From contig OX597834.1 of the NCBI GenBank assembly GCA_951406725.2, positions 36,394,001 to 36,458,000 on the forward strand: DNA of 64,000 nt, written 5' to 3'. A program made the translations under genes and the position numbers. The notes below the pieces were generated by a model. That model was not told where the DNA came from and ran no database searches. It was given only the letters and a program-made list of their open reading frames with translations. The DNA is from Octopus vulgaris (lineage: Eukaryota). This document shows, piece after piece, positions 29,899-43,440 of this stretch (position 1 is its first letter; the number at the start of each line of letters is the position of its first letter).

Positions 29899-30265
29899 TG
29901 TGGAGGCGCAATGGCCCAGTGGTTAGGGCAGCGGACTCGCGGTCATAGGATCGCGGTTTCGATTCCCAGACCGGGCGTTGTGAGTGTTTATTGAGCGAAA
30001 ACACCTAAAGGCTCCGGCAGGGATGGTGGTGATCCCTGCTGTACTCTTTCACCACAACTTTCTCTTACTTCCTGTTTCTGTTGTACCTGTATTTCAAAGG
30101 GCCGGCCTTGTCACTCTTTGTGTCACGCTGAATATCCCCGAGAACTACGTTAAGGGTACACGTGTCTGTGGAGTGCTCAGCCACTTACACGTTAATTTCA
30201 TGAGCAGGCTGTTCCGTTGATCGGATCAACCGGAACCCTCGTCGTCGTAACCGACGGAGTGCTTC
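29899..30265 (+). mobile_element. tRNA-derived SINE family C
   Basis: Head GGAGGCGCAATGGCCCAGTGGTTAGGGCAGCGGACTCGCGGTC...GGTTTCGATTCCC followed by a poly(A). Related heads are at 881-1190 (-) and 54880-55188 (-). Confidence 0.75.
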
Positions 30266-30440
30266 TAAAAAAAAAAAAAAAAACTACGTTTAATGGTGTC
30301 AGCTAATACACCCCCACCTTCTCAATTGCTAGCCGTCTGCCAAAGTTTGAGAAAATTCTTCTTCTTCTTCTTCTTATTATTATTATTATCATTTATCATC
30401 ATTATTATTATTATTATTATTATTATTGTTATTATTTATA

Positions 30441-30998
30441 TTGAGTGAGAGAGCAGTACATGCCATCAAAGTGACACTAAGGTACAAATATACGGAGCCC
30501 AATATACCCATCATGGCTACCCGTCTGATAAGGGTACACCTGGTACATGCATCACAACAATATGTGTGCGAAATGGTGATCTCATATCAAGATAAAGAGC
30601 GCATGCCCTTGCAGGTGGAGCCCAGTTAGAATTTTCTTCACATTGAGTAGCCCATCCTGCTCAATTGGTCCCTGAATAAGGTCTGTTTAAGGATGTTGAA
30701 TGAAACTCCCATGTTTCCAAAGGTGAATTATCCAAACCCCAAAGATTTCCTCTCAACACATGGCTATGATGCTCTCCCACTACTTCTGCTCGTGATCAGA
30801 GATGCACACATCGTCAGCCAATAAGGGATATGCTCAACTGGTTACGGTTAAACAACTAACAGGCAAATCTGTGGTATTGAGCAGAGTATTTGCTGTAGGC
30901 CATCTTTTATACCAAGACAAAACAATGTACATGATAACACTTCCAATCAGTTAAGATCAGAAGCCATAAGAGCCAGTACCTTGTACAGCATCAGGGCA
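30441..30998 (-). mobile_element. ~560-bp non-autonomous interspersed repeat associated with (TAA)n (family E)
   Basis: Copies at 34450-34990, 49865-50417, 46047-46420 and 5591-5780, plus partial copies at 41095-41285 and 49140-49320. Strand inferred from the (TAA)n tail. Confidence 0.7.
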
Positions 30999-30999
30999 A

Positions 31000-31750
31000 T
31001 ATTATTACCATCAAGGCACCGAGAATAGTTCGAAGAGAATATTCTCAAATTAAAGCTCTCGCAGAAATTTTACATAAGAGATACAAGGTGTCGATCTTAG
31101 ACAAACTCATCAACACTCAGATCCCTAGACCCCACTAGAAAACTACACAGAAAAATCTGCGTGCACTGAGAGATTCTTAGTGTGCAAATAAAAAAATGCC
31201 CAAGAATTGGAACGGGCTGCTAACTCTCACAACTTGAGAGCACTGTATGACAATCTAAATGGTGCTACAGAACATATTCTTTCTAACGACGGAACAAAAC
31301 CCTTAAATAGCAAATAAAAGATTCTGAAAAGATTATTAAATCAAAGAATCCATTACCGATCGTGAAGTAATCAACGAAATTCTTCAGTGGCCTATTATTG
31401 AAAAACTAATGGAAGACCCTTCCTTGGAAGAGATAAATACTGCTATAAAAAAAAAACTTTGCAACGGTAATGCTCCTGGACAGGACAGTACTCCCATAGA
31501 GGTGTACAAGCAAGGTGGCAGACGACTTGTAAGTAAACTGTGTGAATTGATCTGTTTGATCTGGAAAACTAGATCTGTTCCCCAACAATTCAAATATGCA
31601 TCTGTAACGCACTTTACAAAAACAAGGATACGAAGCGTGTATGCAATAATCACAGGGGAATAAGCTCGTTGTGCATAGCTGGAAGAATTCTTGGAAATGG
31701 ATCCTTAACCGCAACAATAAACATATTATAAACAACATATATCCTGAATT
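31000..31750 (+). mobile_element. RTE-type LINE internal fragment (pre-RT region)
   Basis: PSLEEINTAIKK..NGNAPGQDSTPIEVYKQGG...IWKTRSVPQQFK. Confidence 0.75.
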
Positions 31751-31764
31751 CCCCCCCACACACA

Positions 31765-31819
<55 letters not shown>

Positions 31820-31821
<2 letters not shown>

Positions 31822-32345
31822 TACGACAGGCTTCTTTCAGTTTCCGTCTACCAAATCCACTCACAAGGCATTGGTCGGCCCGGGGCTATAGCAGAAGACA
31901 CTTGTCCAAGATGCCACGCAGTGGGACTGAACCCGGAAACATGTGGTTGGTTAGCAAGCTACTTACCACACAGCCATATATATATTCTTTTATTCTTTTA
32001 TTGATTTGAGTATCTCCTCGTATATATATATTCATTTTTCATTCTTTTTTTATTTGTTTCAGTCATTTGACTACGGACATGCTGGAGCACCGTCTTTAGT
32101 CGAACAAATCGACCCCCAGTACTTGTTCTTTGTAAGCTTAGTACTTATTCTTTCGGTCTCTTTTGACGAACTGCTAAGTTACAGGCACGTAAACACACCA
32201 ACATCGGTTGTCAAGCGATGGTGGTGGTGGGGGAGGACAAGCACAGACATACAAACACATACACACACACACCTATATATATATATATATATATAGGTGA
32301 GTGGATTTGGTGGACGGAAACAGAAAGAAGCCCGTCGTATATATG

Positions 32346-32418
<73 letters not shown>

Positions 32419-32568
32419 TGGGCCTCTTTCAGTTTCCGTCCACCAAATCCACTCACAAGGTTCTTTGTTGGCCTGAGGCTATAGTAGAAGACACCTGCCC
32501 AAGGTGCCATGCAGTGGGACTGAACTCGGATCAATGTGTTTGGGAAGCAAGCTTCTTACCACACAGTC

Positions 32569-32614
<46 letters not shown>

Positions 32615-32825
32615 TTACTCTTTTACTCTTTTACTTGTTTCAGTCATTTGACTGCGGCCATGCTGGAGCACCGCGTTTAGTCGAGCAAATCGACCCGGGA
32701 CTTATTCTTTGTAAGCCCAGTACTTATCCTATCGGTCTCTTTTGCCGAACCGCTAAGTGACGGGGACGTAAACACACCAGCATCGGTTGTCAAGCAATGC
32801 TAGGGGGACAAACACAAACACACAA

Positions 32826-32862
<37 letters not shown>

Positions 32863-33018
32863 CGACAGGCTTCTTTCAGTTTCCGTCTACCAAATCCACT
32901 CACAAGGCTTTGGTCGGCCGGGGCTATAGCAGAAGACACTTGCCAAGATGCCACGCAGTGGGACTGAACCCGGAACCATGTGGTTGGTTAGCAAGCTACT
33001 TACCACACATCCACTCCT

Positions 33019-33100
<82 letters not shown>

Positions 33101-33346
33101 TTTTATTCTTTTACTTGTTTTAGAAATTTTGACAGCAGCCATGCTGGAGCACCACCTTGAAGGATGTTCGTCGAACAAATCGACCCATGTGATCAGTTAT
33201 TGGATTGCGGCCATTCTGGAACACCGCCTTCAAGGGTTTAGTCGAATGAATCAGCCCTAGAATCGTGAAGCTACAAAGATGTAAACAAACCATCACCAGT
33301 TGTCAAAGTAGTGGTGAGGGACAAACATAAGCAGAAAGACACACGC

Positions 33347-33377
<31 letters not shown>

Positions 33378-33590
33378 AACACACACACACAAACACACAC
33401 ACACACACAAACATACACACACACAATATGATGAGGCTTCTTCCGTTTTCCATCTACTGACAAGGCAGTGATTGGTCCGGGGCCATTGTAAAATATACTT
33501 GCTCAAGGTGCCGTGCAGCGGGACTGAACCTAAGACCTCGTAGTTGGGAAACAAGCTTCTTAACCACACAGCCATGCATGCACCTATTCA
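31820..33590 (-). mobile_element. Cluster of tandem SINE family A copies and fragments
   Basis: Copies at ~31820-31975, 32050-32570, 32620-33025 and 33100-33585. Confidence 0.75.
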
Positions 33591-33649
33591 TCTATTAGTC
33601 TTTCTCTTTCTTCCCATATTTATTCGTATTTTGCTCTAAATATATACCT

Positions 33650-33882
33650 ATTTCTTTACTACCCACAAGGGGCTAAATACAGAGGGGACAAACAAGGACG
33701 GACTCACACGGATTAAGTCGATTACATCGACCCCAGTGCGTAACTGGTACTTATTTAATCGACCCCGAAAGGATGAAAGGCAAAGTCGACCTCGGCGGAA
33801 TTTGAACTCAGAACGTAACGGCAGACGAAATACGGTTACGCATTTCGCCCGGCATGCTAACGATTCTGTCAGCTCGCTGCCT
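33650..33882 (-). mobile_element. SINE family B
   Basis: Reverse complement of 7204-7432. Confidence 0.8.
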
Positions 33883-34238
33883 TATAAATATATATTGATA
33901 TAATCCTACTAATTTAGCATTAGCTAAGTAAAAGAATGATTTGCAGGGACGCCTTCTGCAGGAGAAATAAACCGATTCAGGCTAATGCAAAGTTAATGCC
34001 CTTGGATAATTCTTCCGTCCAGTTATTATCGTCATTAGTAGTCATTCACACAAAATCAATATATACCAATCAATTTTATCGGATCTGACGGGTATTGATA
34101 CGGGTGTTTCACTGATGAAGGATAATAAAGCCGAAACATGTCCCTGTTTTATGCTAAAGCACAGATTTACTCATGTTCCATTATTCTTTTTTTCTTTCTT
34201 TTCGAATTCCGAAGTTATACCCCTTGTATCTTATTATT

Positions 34239-34270
<32 letters not shown>

Positions 34271-34415
34271 CGTTGTTGTCGTTGTTGTTGTTGTTATTAT
34301 TATTATTATTATAAGGGAAAAGGAAGAGATCCCGTGGGACCTTTGACAACAGGTTGCTGTACGCTCTTATAGATTACCCTAAGTACAATCGAGAGTGCAG
34401 GGAAGTAAAATGGAA

Positions 34416-34447
<32 letters not shown>

Positions 34448-34449
34448 AA

Positions 34450-34990
34450 TTCTCTGATGTAGAACCAGGCACTGGCTCTTATGGCTTCTGATCTTAACTG
34501 ATTGCAAGTGTTATCATGTACATTGTTTGTATTGGTATAAAAAGATGGGCTACAGCAAATATTCTGCTCAATACCACATATTTCATTGCCAGTTATTTGA
34601 CCATAACCAGTTGAGCATGTCCCTTAGTGGCTGATGATATGTGCATCTCTGATCACGAGCAGAAGTATTGGTGGTGCATCATAGCCATGTGTTGAGAGGA
34701 AATCTTAGGGGTTTGAATAAGTCACCTCTGGAAACATGGGTGTTTTGTTCAACATCCTTAAACAACCCTTATTCAGGGACCTTTTGAGCGAGATGGGCTA
34801 CTCAGCCTGAAGAAAATTCTGACCCCCACCTACATGGTCATACGCTGTTTATCTTGATATGAGATCACCATATCGCGTACGTACGGTTGTGATGCATGTG
34901 CCTGGTGTACCGTTATCAGATGGGTAGTCCTGATGGGTATATTGGGCTTCGTTATTTGTACCCTAGTATCACTTTGATGGCATGCACTGC
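34450..34990 (+). mobile_element. Family E repeat copy
   Basis: Reverse complement of 30441-30998. Confidence 0.7.
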
Positions 34991-35165
34991 TGTTGCACCT
35001 TATAATAATAATAATGATGAAAGCTTGGAAATCACTATTTTTTTTAAATATCTTAAATTTGAAAAGTTGTTATTATAAAGGACTTTGAATTAAAATAAAT
35101 TATTGAACAAACTTCGGTGTTTTTGTGGTGTTACCTTTTTATTAATTTTTTTTAGGGACAGGAGT

Positions 35166-35344
35166 TTACAAAAGGGCCAGAAGAATCAAGGCATATATTG
35201 ATATAAGCAGTCTTTGGGCTGTTCCATTGTTATATGATGTACCTTTGCTAGTCGTGCTATGTAATGGCGTCTTAGTAACATGTGGCGTTGATCTGTTAAA
35301 GTCTGGACTGTAGGATGACAACGTTGGCATGAAGGTCGGAAGAT
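35166..35344 (-). CDS. Gene A exon 5 (terminal): S/T-rich stalk plus GPI-anchor-type hydrophobic C-terminus
   Basis: Acceptor tttaatttattactgcag|AT is phase 1. Translation: DLPTFMPTLSSYSPDFNRSTPHVTKTPLHSTTSKGTSYNNGTAQRLLISIYALILLALL*. The protein ends in a hydrophobic stretch with no cytoplasmic tail. Confidence 0.75.
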
Positions 35345-35715
35345 CTGCAGTAATAAATTAAAAACAATATATATATGTATATACAAATGTATACATGTAT
35401 ATATATATATTCACACATGTGTATGTGCCTGCACGCATGGTTATGTGGAGTTCGTAAGCATATAATGAACTAAATGTCGTTATACATTCATGTGTGTCTG
35501 TCGTTTTGTATAAGTATTTTGATCAAATAATTGGAGACACACTAACAATACGCACGTCACAACTATGTCCCATACACTGCCACTAACATCAAATAACAGC
35601 CTTGTTCTGATTAAATATAGAAACACCAATAAATAAAAAATGTGATTGCTGGTCGTAGCATTTCACCCAAGAAACTCGCTCATGTAAAATATGTACATAT
35701 GTACATACATATATA

Positions 35716-35933
35716 TTTCTTTACTACCTACAAGGGGCTAAACACAGAGGGGACAGACAACGGATTAAGTCGATTTCATCGACCCCAGTGCGTAACTGGT
35801 ACTTAATTTATCGACCCTGAAAGGATGAAAGGCAAAGTTGACCTTGGCGGAATTTGAACTCACAACGTAACGGTAGACAAAATATGGCTACACATTTCGC
35901 CCGGCATGCTAACGTTTCTGCCAGCTCGCCGCC
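35716..35933 (-). mobile_element. SINE family B (source of the 38984-39247 insertion)
   Basis: Shares private variants with 39095-39245. Confidence 0.8.
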
Positions 35934-36233
35934 AATATGTACATTGGCCGTAAAGAGGGAACCGACAAAGACAGATGGACATAACGTCCAATTATAGTAA
36001 GATAGCAAATATTCCCATCTATGGTGGGGAAATAAAGGGATAGTATTGCAAATATAAACCCTCTAAATTCATGAAGTATACGGTGGGGTGGGGTTATCCA
36101 GAGTTAATCTGAGTCGCAGGAATTTTAATTAAAAAAAAATCAAAGGTGATTTATTAATACAAAACTCAGTATCCACTAAATAATCATATTTTTTCTCATT
36201 TTTTTAATTGGATTTATCTGATTTGATTGCTGT

Positions 36234-36281
<48 letters not shown>

Positions 36282-36379
36282 CCCAAATTCGAAGAGCAAG
36301 CACACACAAAAAAGACAACATCGCGAGGACGTGGTACATGTAAAGTATTAGAAAACGCTCAGGAAAGGAAAGAAAGATG

Positions 36380-36414
36380 GTTTAACGTTTCGAGCTGAGC
36401 TCTTCTTCAGAAAC
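36380..36414 (-). ncRNA. Minimal hammerhead ribozyme in a Penelope-type pseudo-LTR (~36278-36480)
   Basis: GUUU-CUGAAGA-A-GAGC(UCA)GCUC-GAAAC-GUU-AAAC, with intact core and stems. Confidence 0.7.
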
Positions 36415-36550
36415 AGGAGACAGAGGAAAGTCCAATAGAAAAGGAAGACGGAAAGCACCAACGATTCACACGCGGTTACATTATATATATATGTGTATGT
36501 GTGTGTGTGTGTATTTTTGTTTATATTTATATATTTAAATATATATATAA

Positions 36551-36616
<66 letters not shown>

Positions 36617-36638
36617 ATATCTATCTATCTATCTATCC

Positions 36639-36688
<50 letters not shown>

Positions 36689-36976
36689 ATATAAATATAT
36701 ATATATATTTATATATACATACATACATATATATACACACACATATATACATACACACACACACTCACACTTAACGGTTCGGCAAAAGAGACCTATAGAA
36801 TAAGTACTAGGTCTATAAAGAATAAGTCCTGGGTCGATTTGCTCGACTAAAGGCGGTGCTCCACAGTCACATGACTGAAACAAGTAAAAGAGTAAGAGTA
36901 TATATATATATATATATATATACATATATATATACACACACACACACACCCGCACACACACACATACACACACACC

Positions 36977-37027
<51 letters not shown>

Positions 37028-37819
37028 GTATTTATATATTTCTGATTATCGTCATCACCATCATCATTTAACGTCCGTTGTCCATGCCGACATGGGTTTG
37101 ACGGTTTGACCAGGGCTGGTAAGCGCTGGGATATGCACTTACATAGCATGGGCTGCTGAGGACATTTTATGAAGATGAGACAACCATGCACACATAAAAA
37201 ACAAACAAATAGTTAAAATATGTTCTTAGTATATAATGGTGGCAAGTTTTACATCATCTGAAAAGTCATTAGTTGAACTTTTAGTCCTCTTGCATTCTGT
37301 GGGGTATCAGAGCATTTGAGTGATGTAAGACCCCCACAAATGCCCATAAATTAAATGCATCTATTAGGTTGTCAAGAAAGTTCTTGCGGAATTTTAAAGT
37401 TTGGTTTTAAATGATGTATTTTCAAATTAATTTTCTTTAAATTACTTTGACTTTATATATCATTTTAAAGCCCGTTTTTCGCTCTATCTAACCGTGTTAC
37501 ACTTTTTTTTTCTGAATAATTACGCCATTTTTTCCGGAACGTTGGATACAACATGGACAAAAAGCAAATTCGCACAATTTTATTATTCCATTTCAAGCTG
37601 AAACAGCTCGCGATATCAACGATGCGTTTGGCCCAGGAATCACTAATGAACGTATAGCACAATGGTGGTTCAAGAAATTTCGTAGCGATGACGAGAATCT
37701 CGAAGATGATACGCGTAGTGGTCGGCCAAAGGATGTTGACAACGATCAACTAAGAGCCTTAGTCGAAGCCAATCCACGCACAACTGTTCAAGAGCATGCT
37801 TCTGAATTAGACGTAGATG

Positions 37820-38410
37820 TCTTGCAAACAACTTGCACATGCAAGTGCTACAAGTTAAAAGCTTCGTATATCGGAAGCTAGCAAGTGTATGGGGTCATCA
37901 GGAGAGAATGCGCGCCGTTTCGGGGCCTACCTCTCGACGGCATCAATGCGCACCGGCCCCCCTCACTGATATGAGGCCCCGCTTGCTAGATCAGCTGGTT
38001 ATGAAGAACTTAATATACCTCTAGCCATCGCTCATCGTCTCTTTTTAACCAAATCCAGTGGCTAGCCTTCTCCACTGTAGATTGGATATCAGTCATGGTG
38101 GTATTGACTTTACGATGAGTTAGGCCTAGCGATAACAACAGTCGTCTCACGCTGTGTCCTACAAACCCTCTACATCCGACTTCGATAGGAAAATGTTCCG
38201 CTTTCCAGCCTGCGTCTTCACATTCCTCGAGGAGGTTTCAGACTTTATATGAGACGCCATCACCTCCTGGGGCACTCTTTGCTCTAGCTTTTCTTACGAA
38301 ATCATTCACCTCTCTCTCCCTGATGTCCCCTATCTGGAATTCGATATCAGGTCCTGAGAGATGATTTAGCCCATGTAGAGGTGGCAGCGGCTGGTTATGG
38401 TGCGGATACG
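37820..38410 (-). mobile_element. RLE-bearing non-LTR retrotransposon fragment nested in mariner, internally deleted
   Basis: EREVNDFVRKARAKSAPGGDGVSYKV is joined directly to a C-terminal EECEDAGWKAEHFPIEVGCRGFVG motif. Confidence 0.65.
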
Positions 38411-38983
38411 ACAATTTCCAACCACTTGAAAGTGATTGAGAAATGGGTTGCCCCACGACAACCAAAAAAAAAAAAAGAAAAAGAAAAAACGCCGTTTTGA
38501 AGTGTCGTCTTCCCTTCTTTTACGCAACAAGAACGACCTGTTTCTCGATTGGATTGTGACTTGCGATGAAAAGTGGATTCTTTGCGACAACCGGTGACGC
38601 TCAGCTCATTGGTTGGACGCCGACGAAGCTCCACAGAACTCTCGAAGCCAAAGTTGCACCAAAAGAAATTCATGGTGACTGTTTAGTGGTCTGCCGCTGG
38701 TCTCATCCATCACAGCTTTTGGGATCCAGGCGAAACCATTATGGCAGAGAAGTACTGTCAGCAAGTAGATGAAATGCATAAGAAACTCCGACAACAACCG
38801 CCAGCATTGGTCAATAGAAAAGGACCAATTCTTCGCACGTCGCACAACTGACCCCCCAGAAGTTGAACGAATTGGGCTACAAAACTCTGCCTCATCCGCT
38901 ATACTCACCAGAACTCTCGTCTACCGACTACCACTTTTTCAAGCATCTCGGCAACTTCCTGCGCGAGAAATGCTTCAAAAACC

Positions 38984-39247
38984 TTGTGATTAAATATAGA
39001 AACACCAATAAATATAAAGTGTGATTGCTGGTCGTAGCATTTCACCCAAGAAACTCGCTTATGTAAAATATGTACATATGTACATACATATATATTTCTT
39101 TACTACCTACAAGGGGCTAAACACAGAGGGGACAGACAACGGATTAAGTCGATTTCATCGACCCCAGTGCGTAACTGGTACTTAATTTATCGACCCTGAA
39201 AGGATGAAAGGCAAAGTTGACCTTGGCGGAATTTGAACTCACAACAC
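38984..39247 (-). mobile_element. Insertion copied from ~35600-35866 (unique flank + partial SINE) with 16-bp TSD
   Basis: Near-identical to 35608-35866 and flanked by AAATGCTTCAAAAACC at 38968-38983 and 39248-39263. Confidence 0.85.
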
Positions 39248-39539
39248 AAATGCTTCAAAAACCCAGACGATGCCAAACACGCTTTCAACGACTTCATCAC
39301 CACCAGAATGCAGGATTTTTACGCTACTGGCATAAATGAACTTGTTTCGCGTTAGGAAAAGTGTGTTGATTCTGATGGTGTTTATTTCGATTAATAAAGT
39401 TTTGTTTGAGCCGAGATATGTGCATCTGAATTTAAAGGTTAAAAACCGCAAGAACTTTCTTGATAACCTAATATCTGGGCCACGATCATGGCCTGTGCCT
39501 GACGGCCACGACCATCGGCCGTCGCGCATTATGTGTTAA

Positions 39540-40754
39540 TTGAAGAATTCGGCCCTAGTGCTTAATTTTTAAAGTTGGTACTAATTCTATTAGTCTTTAT
39601 TGCTGAAGCGCTAAGTTACGAGGGTATCAACTAAACCAACACCATTTGTCAAGTGGTGATGGGGACGAAGACAAACATAAAGTCTCACACATGCGCACAC
39701 ACATGCACACACACAAGCACTCCCACACACATATGCATTCACACACACATATCCAAGCACACACACATAAATGCGCACACATATACATGCGCCACATGTA
39801 CACACATGCACACACACACATACGTGTGCGCATACATACACATACATGCGCACACACATGACTCTCTCACGCATACATGTGCACACATGCACACACACAC
39901 GTGCACTCAATCACACACACATACATGCACACACTTGCAGATATGCAGACACACACGTACATGTGCACACGCGGGCACACATACACGCACACTTGCACAC
40001 ATGCAGTCTCTCATGCACATACACATACATGCGCACACATATGCATGTGCACTCACACACATACACACACCTTCACACACAAACGCATATATGCTCACAC
40101 TTGCACACACACACACACATTTATGTGCGCATACAGACGCACACACACACACACGCACACACACATACACACACACACGCATACACAAGATGTGCTTCTG
40201 CACAGTTTCCATCAAATCCACTCAGACGGAATTGGTTGGCCCGTTGTTATATTTTGTAGGAAACAATTGTACATGGTGCTATACAATGGGATCGAACCTG
40301 AAATCACATGGTAGCAAAAAGGGCTTCATAACCACACAACCACCAAACCAATGGTCGAGAAAACGGTTTTAATCACATAATTTTTTCAGGATTTGTGTTG
40401 TCTGGGTTTCAACAACCAAGGTGTCCTTCAGGATTTTCAGAATGGAAGGGTGGATTTGGTAGCTGTTTCTTGGAATGGGGTGGAGGCTATGCGAATGGAT
40501 AAATAACGAATGTATAGGGAAATGTTACCTGCATGAATACATGTGTGGTTCTTCTGGTCCCAAATGGTGTGGATTCGGCAGTGGAAGGTCTCAAAGCATT
40601 CAGAGGCACCACACATGTAATATTTAGTGGCGTCAGTTTCATCTCCCATATAAACCCCGTCTTTGCAAGGTTTGCAGTGTTTTGTTTCATTACAATAACA
40701 CCAGTCAGCTATAGACAAAGAGAGAGAGAGAGAGAGGGGATAGAGAGAGGGTTA

Positions 40755-40823
<69 letters not shown>

Positions 40824-41010
40824 TTTTCCATAAGGGCAGCAATTTTATGGGAGGGGGTAAGTCGATTTCGTTGACTCCCAGTGTTTCACTGGTACTTAAC
40901 TGATCGGCCTCGAAAGGATGAAAGGTAAAGTCAACCTCGGCAGAATTTGAACTCAGAACATAGTGACAGACGAAACACCACTAAGCATTTCGTCCAGCGT
41001 GCTAACGTTT
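39540..41010. repeat. Local segmental duplication, copy 1 (pair at ~47300-48660), containing the CBM14-like exon
   Basis: The SINE with CA-rich interior, intron flanks, exon, (GA)n/(TAA)n and following SINE are colinear with 47300-48660. Confidence 0.85.
40529..40708 (-). CDS. Gene A exon 4: 8-Cys CBM14-like domain 2 (recent duplicate of exon 2)
   Basis: Boundaries tctatag|CT...GCAG|gtaac, 180 nt, phase 1-1. Translation: TDWCYCNETKHCKPCKDGVYMGDETDATKYYMCGASECFETFHCRIHTIWDQKNHTCIHA (ORF 40437..40718). Confidence 0.8.
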
Positions 41011-41023
41011 CTGCCAGTTCACT

Positions 41024-41078
<55 letters not shown>

Positions 41079-41289
41079 TAATAATTATAATAATTGCCCT
41101 GATGCAATGTCAGGCTGTGGCTTCATGGATTCTCATCTTAACTGATTTGAAGTGTTACCATGTACATTGCTTTGTCTTGGTATAAAAGATGGTCTATGGG
41201 AAATATTCTGCTCAATACCACAGATTTGCTTGTCAGTTGTTTGACCTTGACCAGTTGAGCATATCCCTTAGTGGCTGACAATACAGTCT

Positions 41290-42690
41290 CGAAATGATAG
41301 CAAAAGGAGCTGTTCTGTGAATATCCACGTAGATACAGAAGCAAAAATCCGAGCACTGGATCAGGAAGAAGCATATAAATACCTTGGTATAGACGAAAGT
41401 AATGGCATAAAACATTCAGCAATGAAAGAGAAGATTAGAAAAGAGTACTACAAGAGAATACGGTTAGTAACAAAGACTGCACTCAACGCTGCAAACAAAA
41501 CAGAAGCCATTAACACTCTTGCAGTGCCAATCGTAGCTTACAGTTTCAACATAATCAACTGGCAAATGAGCGAAATAAAGAAGCTAGTCTCCAAAACCAG
41601 AAAACTACTAACCATGGCTCGAATGAACCGCCCCAAAGCGGACGTGAACAAGATTTATTTATTGAGAAGCATGGGAGAAAGAGGACTAACTCAATTAGAA
41701 TTATCTTACAAAACTATCACTGTAGAATTAAATACATATCTTGAGCTGCCAAAAGATCCACTAATGAAGCTTGTGCACCAGCATGATAAAGTGAAGAAGC
41801 TATACTCAGTATACAAAGAATCTGTACAGTTAAAGAAACAACTGATGACAGAGGAACCTAGGATGAAGGTGAGTGAGAAAGTAACCCAGTTTGCTAAAAG
41901 AGTTAAGGAAGAGATAATAAAAACAAGCCCAGAAGAAGAGCAAAGAAGAATGGCTAGAAAAACCGATGCATGGCCGATACCCATGTAGAGTGAACAAACC
42001 AGATGTAGAAAAACAAGACATGAGCTGGATGTCATCAGCAGGATGAAACAGTGGACCACCTCTTAACTGGATGCACAGTGCTTGCAAAAATCGATATTCA
42101 TAGACACGATAGATTAGCGCAATATATCCATTGGAAGATATGTAAACGCTATCAGCTTCCAGCTTCAGAAAGATGGTACCAGCATAAACCTGAAACTGTG
42201 ATGGTAAAAGATGATGTAACATGATGATGGGACATGCCAATCAACACTGATAAAGAAATCAAGGCAAACAGGCCGAACATAATCACCAAAGATGGGAAGA
42301 ATAAGAAATGCTTAATGATCGATGTGACAGTACCATCAGAGAGAAATGTATCCATTAAATAAGTTGAGAAGTTACTTAAGTACAAAGACCTAGAAATAGA
42401 GTGACCAGGATGTGGGGGAATGAAAAGCAGCACAGCACCAATGGTGATTGGAGCGTTAGGGCTAATTAAAAAAGGGCCTTGATAAGCAGCTCAACAAACT
42501 CCCTTGCAGTGTTAACATGGAAGAACTTCAGAAAATAGTGTTGCTAGGTTCCGCACAGATTTTACGCCGTGTACTCTCCATGATATGAGGACCTGCTGTG
42601 ACCCCGGGGTCAAGGTATGACCCTGGTTCAGCAGAAGACAATGGACCATATTTTATGCTTTAAAAAATAATAATAATAAAAATAATAATA
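41290..42690 (+). mobile_element. R4/Dong-like RLE non-LTR retrotransposon 3' part (decayed)
   Basis: EAYKYLGI, AINTLAVPIVAYSF, WDMPINTDKEIKANRPNII..IDV, VIGALG and ILRRVLS motifs, with a (TAA)n tail. Confidence 0.8.
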
Positions 42691-43139
42691 ATAATATTTT
42701 CTTCTAATGTAGATAGAAGGCCATCAATTTTGAGGTGGGAGAAAAACCGATTTTATCAAACCATGTGATCAAAAGGTAATTACTCTAATGACTCATGAAT
42801 CAATGAAAAGCCAACTTTGACCTCACCGATATTTGAACCTTAGACGGTAAAGCCAGAAGAAATGCTTGTAATGTAATTTGCCTGGCTGGCTAATGTTTCT
42901 GCCAGCTTGCTGCTTGAAATCTTTTTTACTATAGGCACAAGGCCTGAAATTTTGCGAGATAGGTTTAGTCAATAAAAATTGACAGAACAATCTCCATTCT
43001 ACCCCCCCCCCCCGATCTCTACCCCAAACCCTCCCACCCATCCACCAGTCCTTAAATGGTACTTATTGTCTTGACTACTAAAAGTATGAAAGGCAAAAGT
43101 TGACTTCAGAAGAATTTGAACTCATGAGCGTAAAGAGCT

Positions 43140-43166
43140 GGATGATGATGATGATAATGATGATGA

Positions 43167-43200
<34 letters not shown>

Positions 43201-43252
43201 GGTGGTGGTGGTGGTGATGATGATGGTGATGATGATGGTGATGATGATGATT

Positions 43253-43291
<39 letters not shown>

Positions 43292-43440
43292 GGGATGATG
43301 ATGGTGATGACGATGATTGTGATGATAACAATAGGGATGATGATGATGGTGGTGGTGATGATGGTGTGATGGTGATCACGATGATGGTGATGATAACGAT
43401 GGTAATGATGATGATAATTTTGATGATGATGATGATGGTC
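43140..43440. repeat. (GAT/GGT)n microsatellite
   Basis: Seen directly. Confidence 0.95.

Larger units (their letters stand above)
37364..39471 (+). mobile_element. Mariner transposon with two nested insertions
   Basis: TIRs ttaggttgtcaagaaagttcttgcgg / ccgcaagaactttcttgataacctaa with TA flanks. Remnants MDKKQIR, WIVTCDEKWI and HPLYSPELSSTDYHFFKHL. Confidence 0.88.

Noticed and set aside
29899-29975. tRNA-like sequences (also SINE heads at 3433, 7204 and 51089)
   Set aside because: They continue into repeat bodies and lack a proper acceptor stem and terminator, so they are SINE heads rather than tRNA genes.
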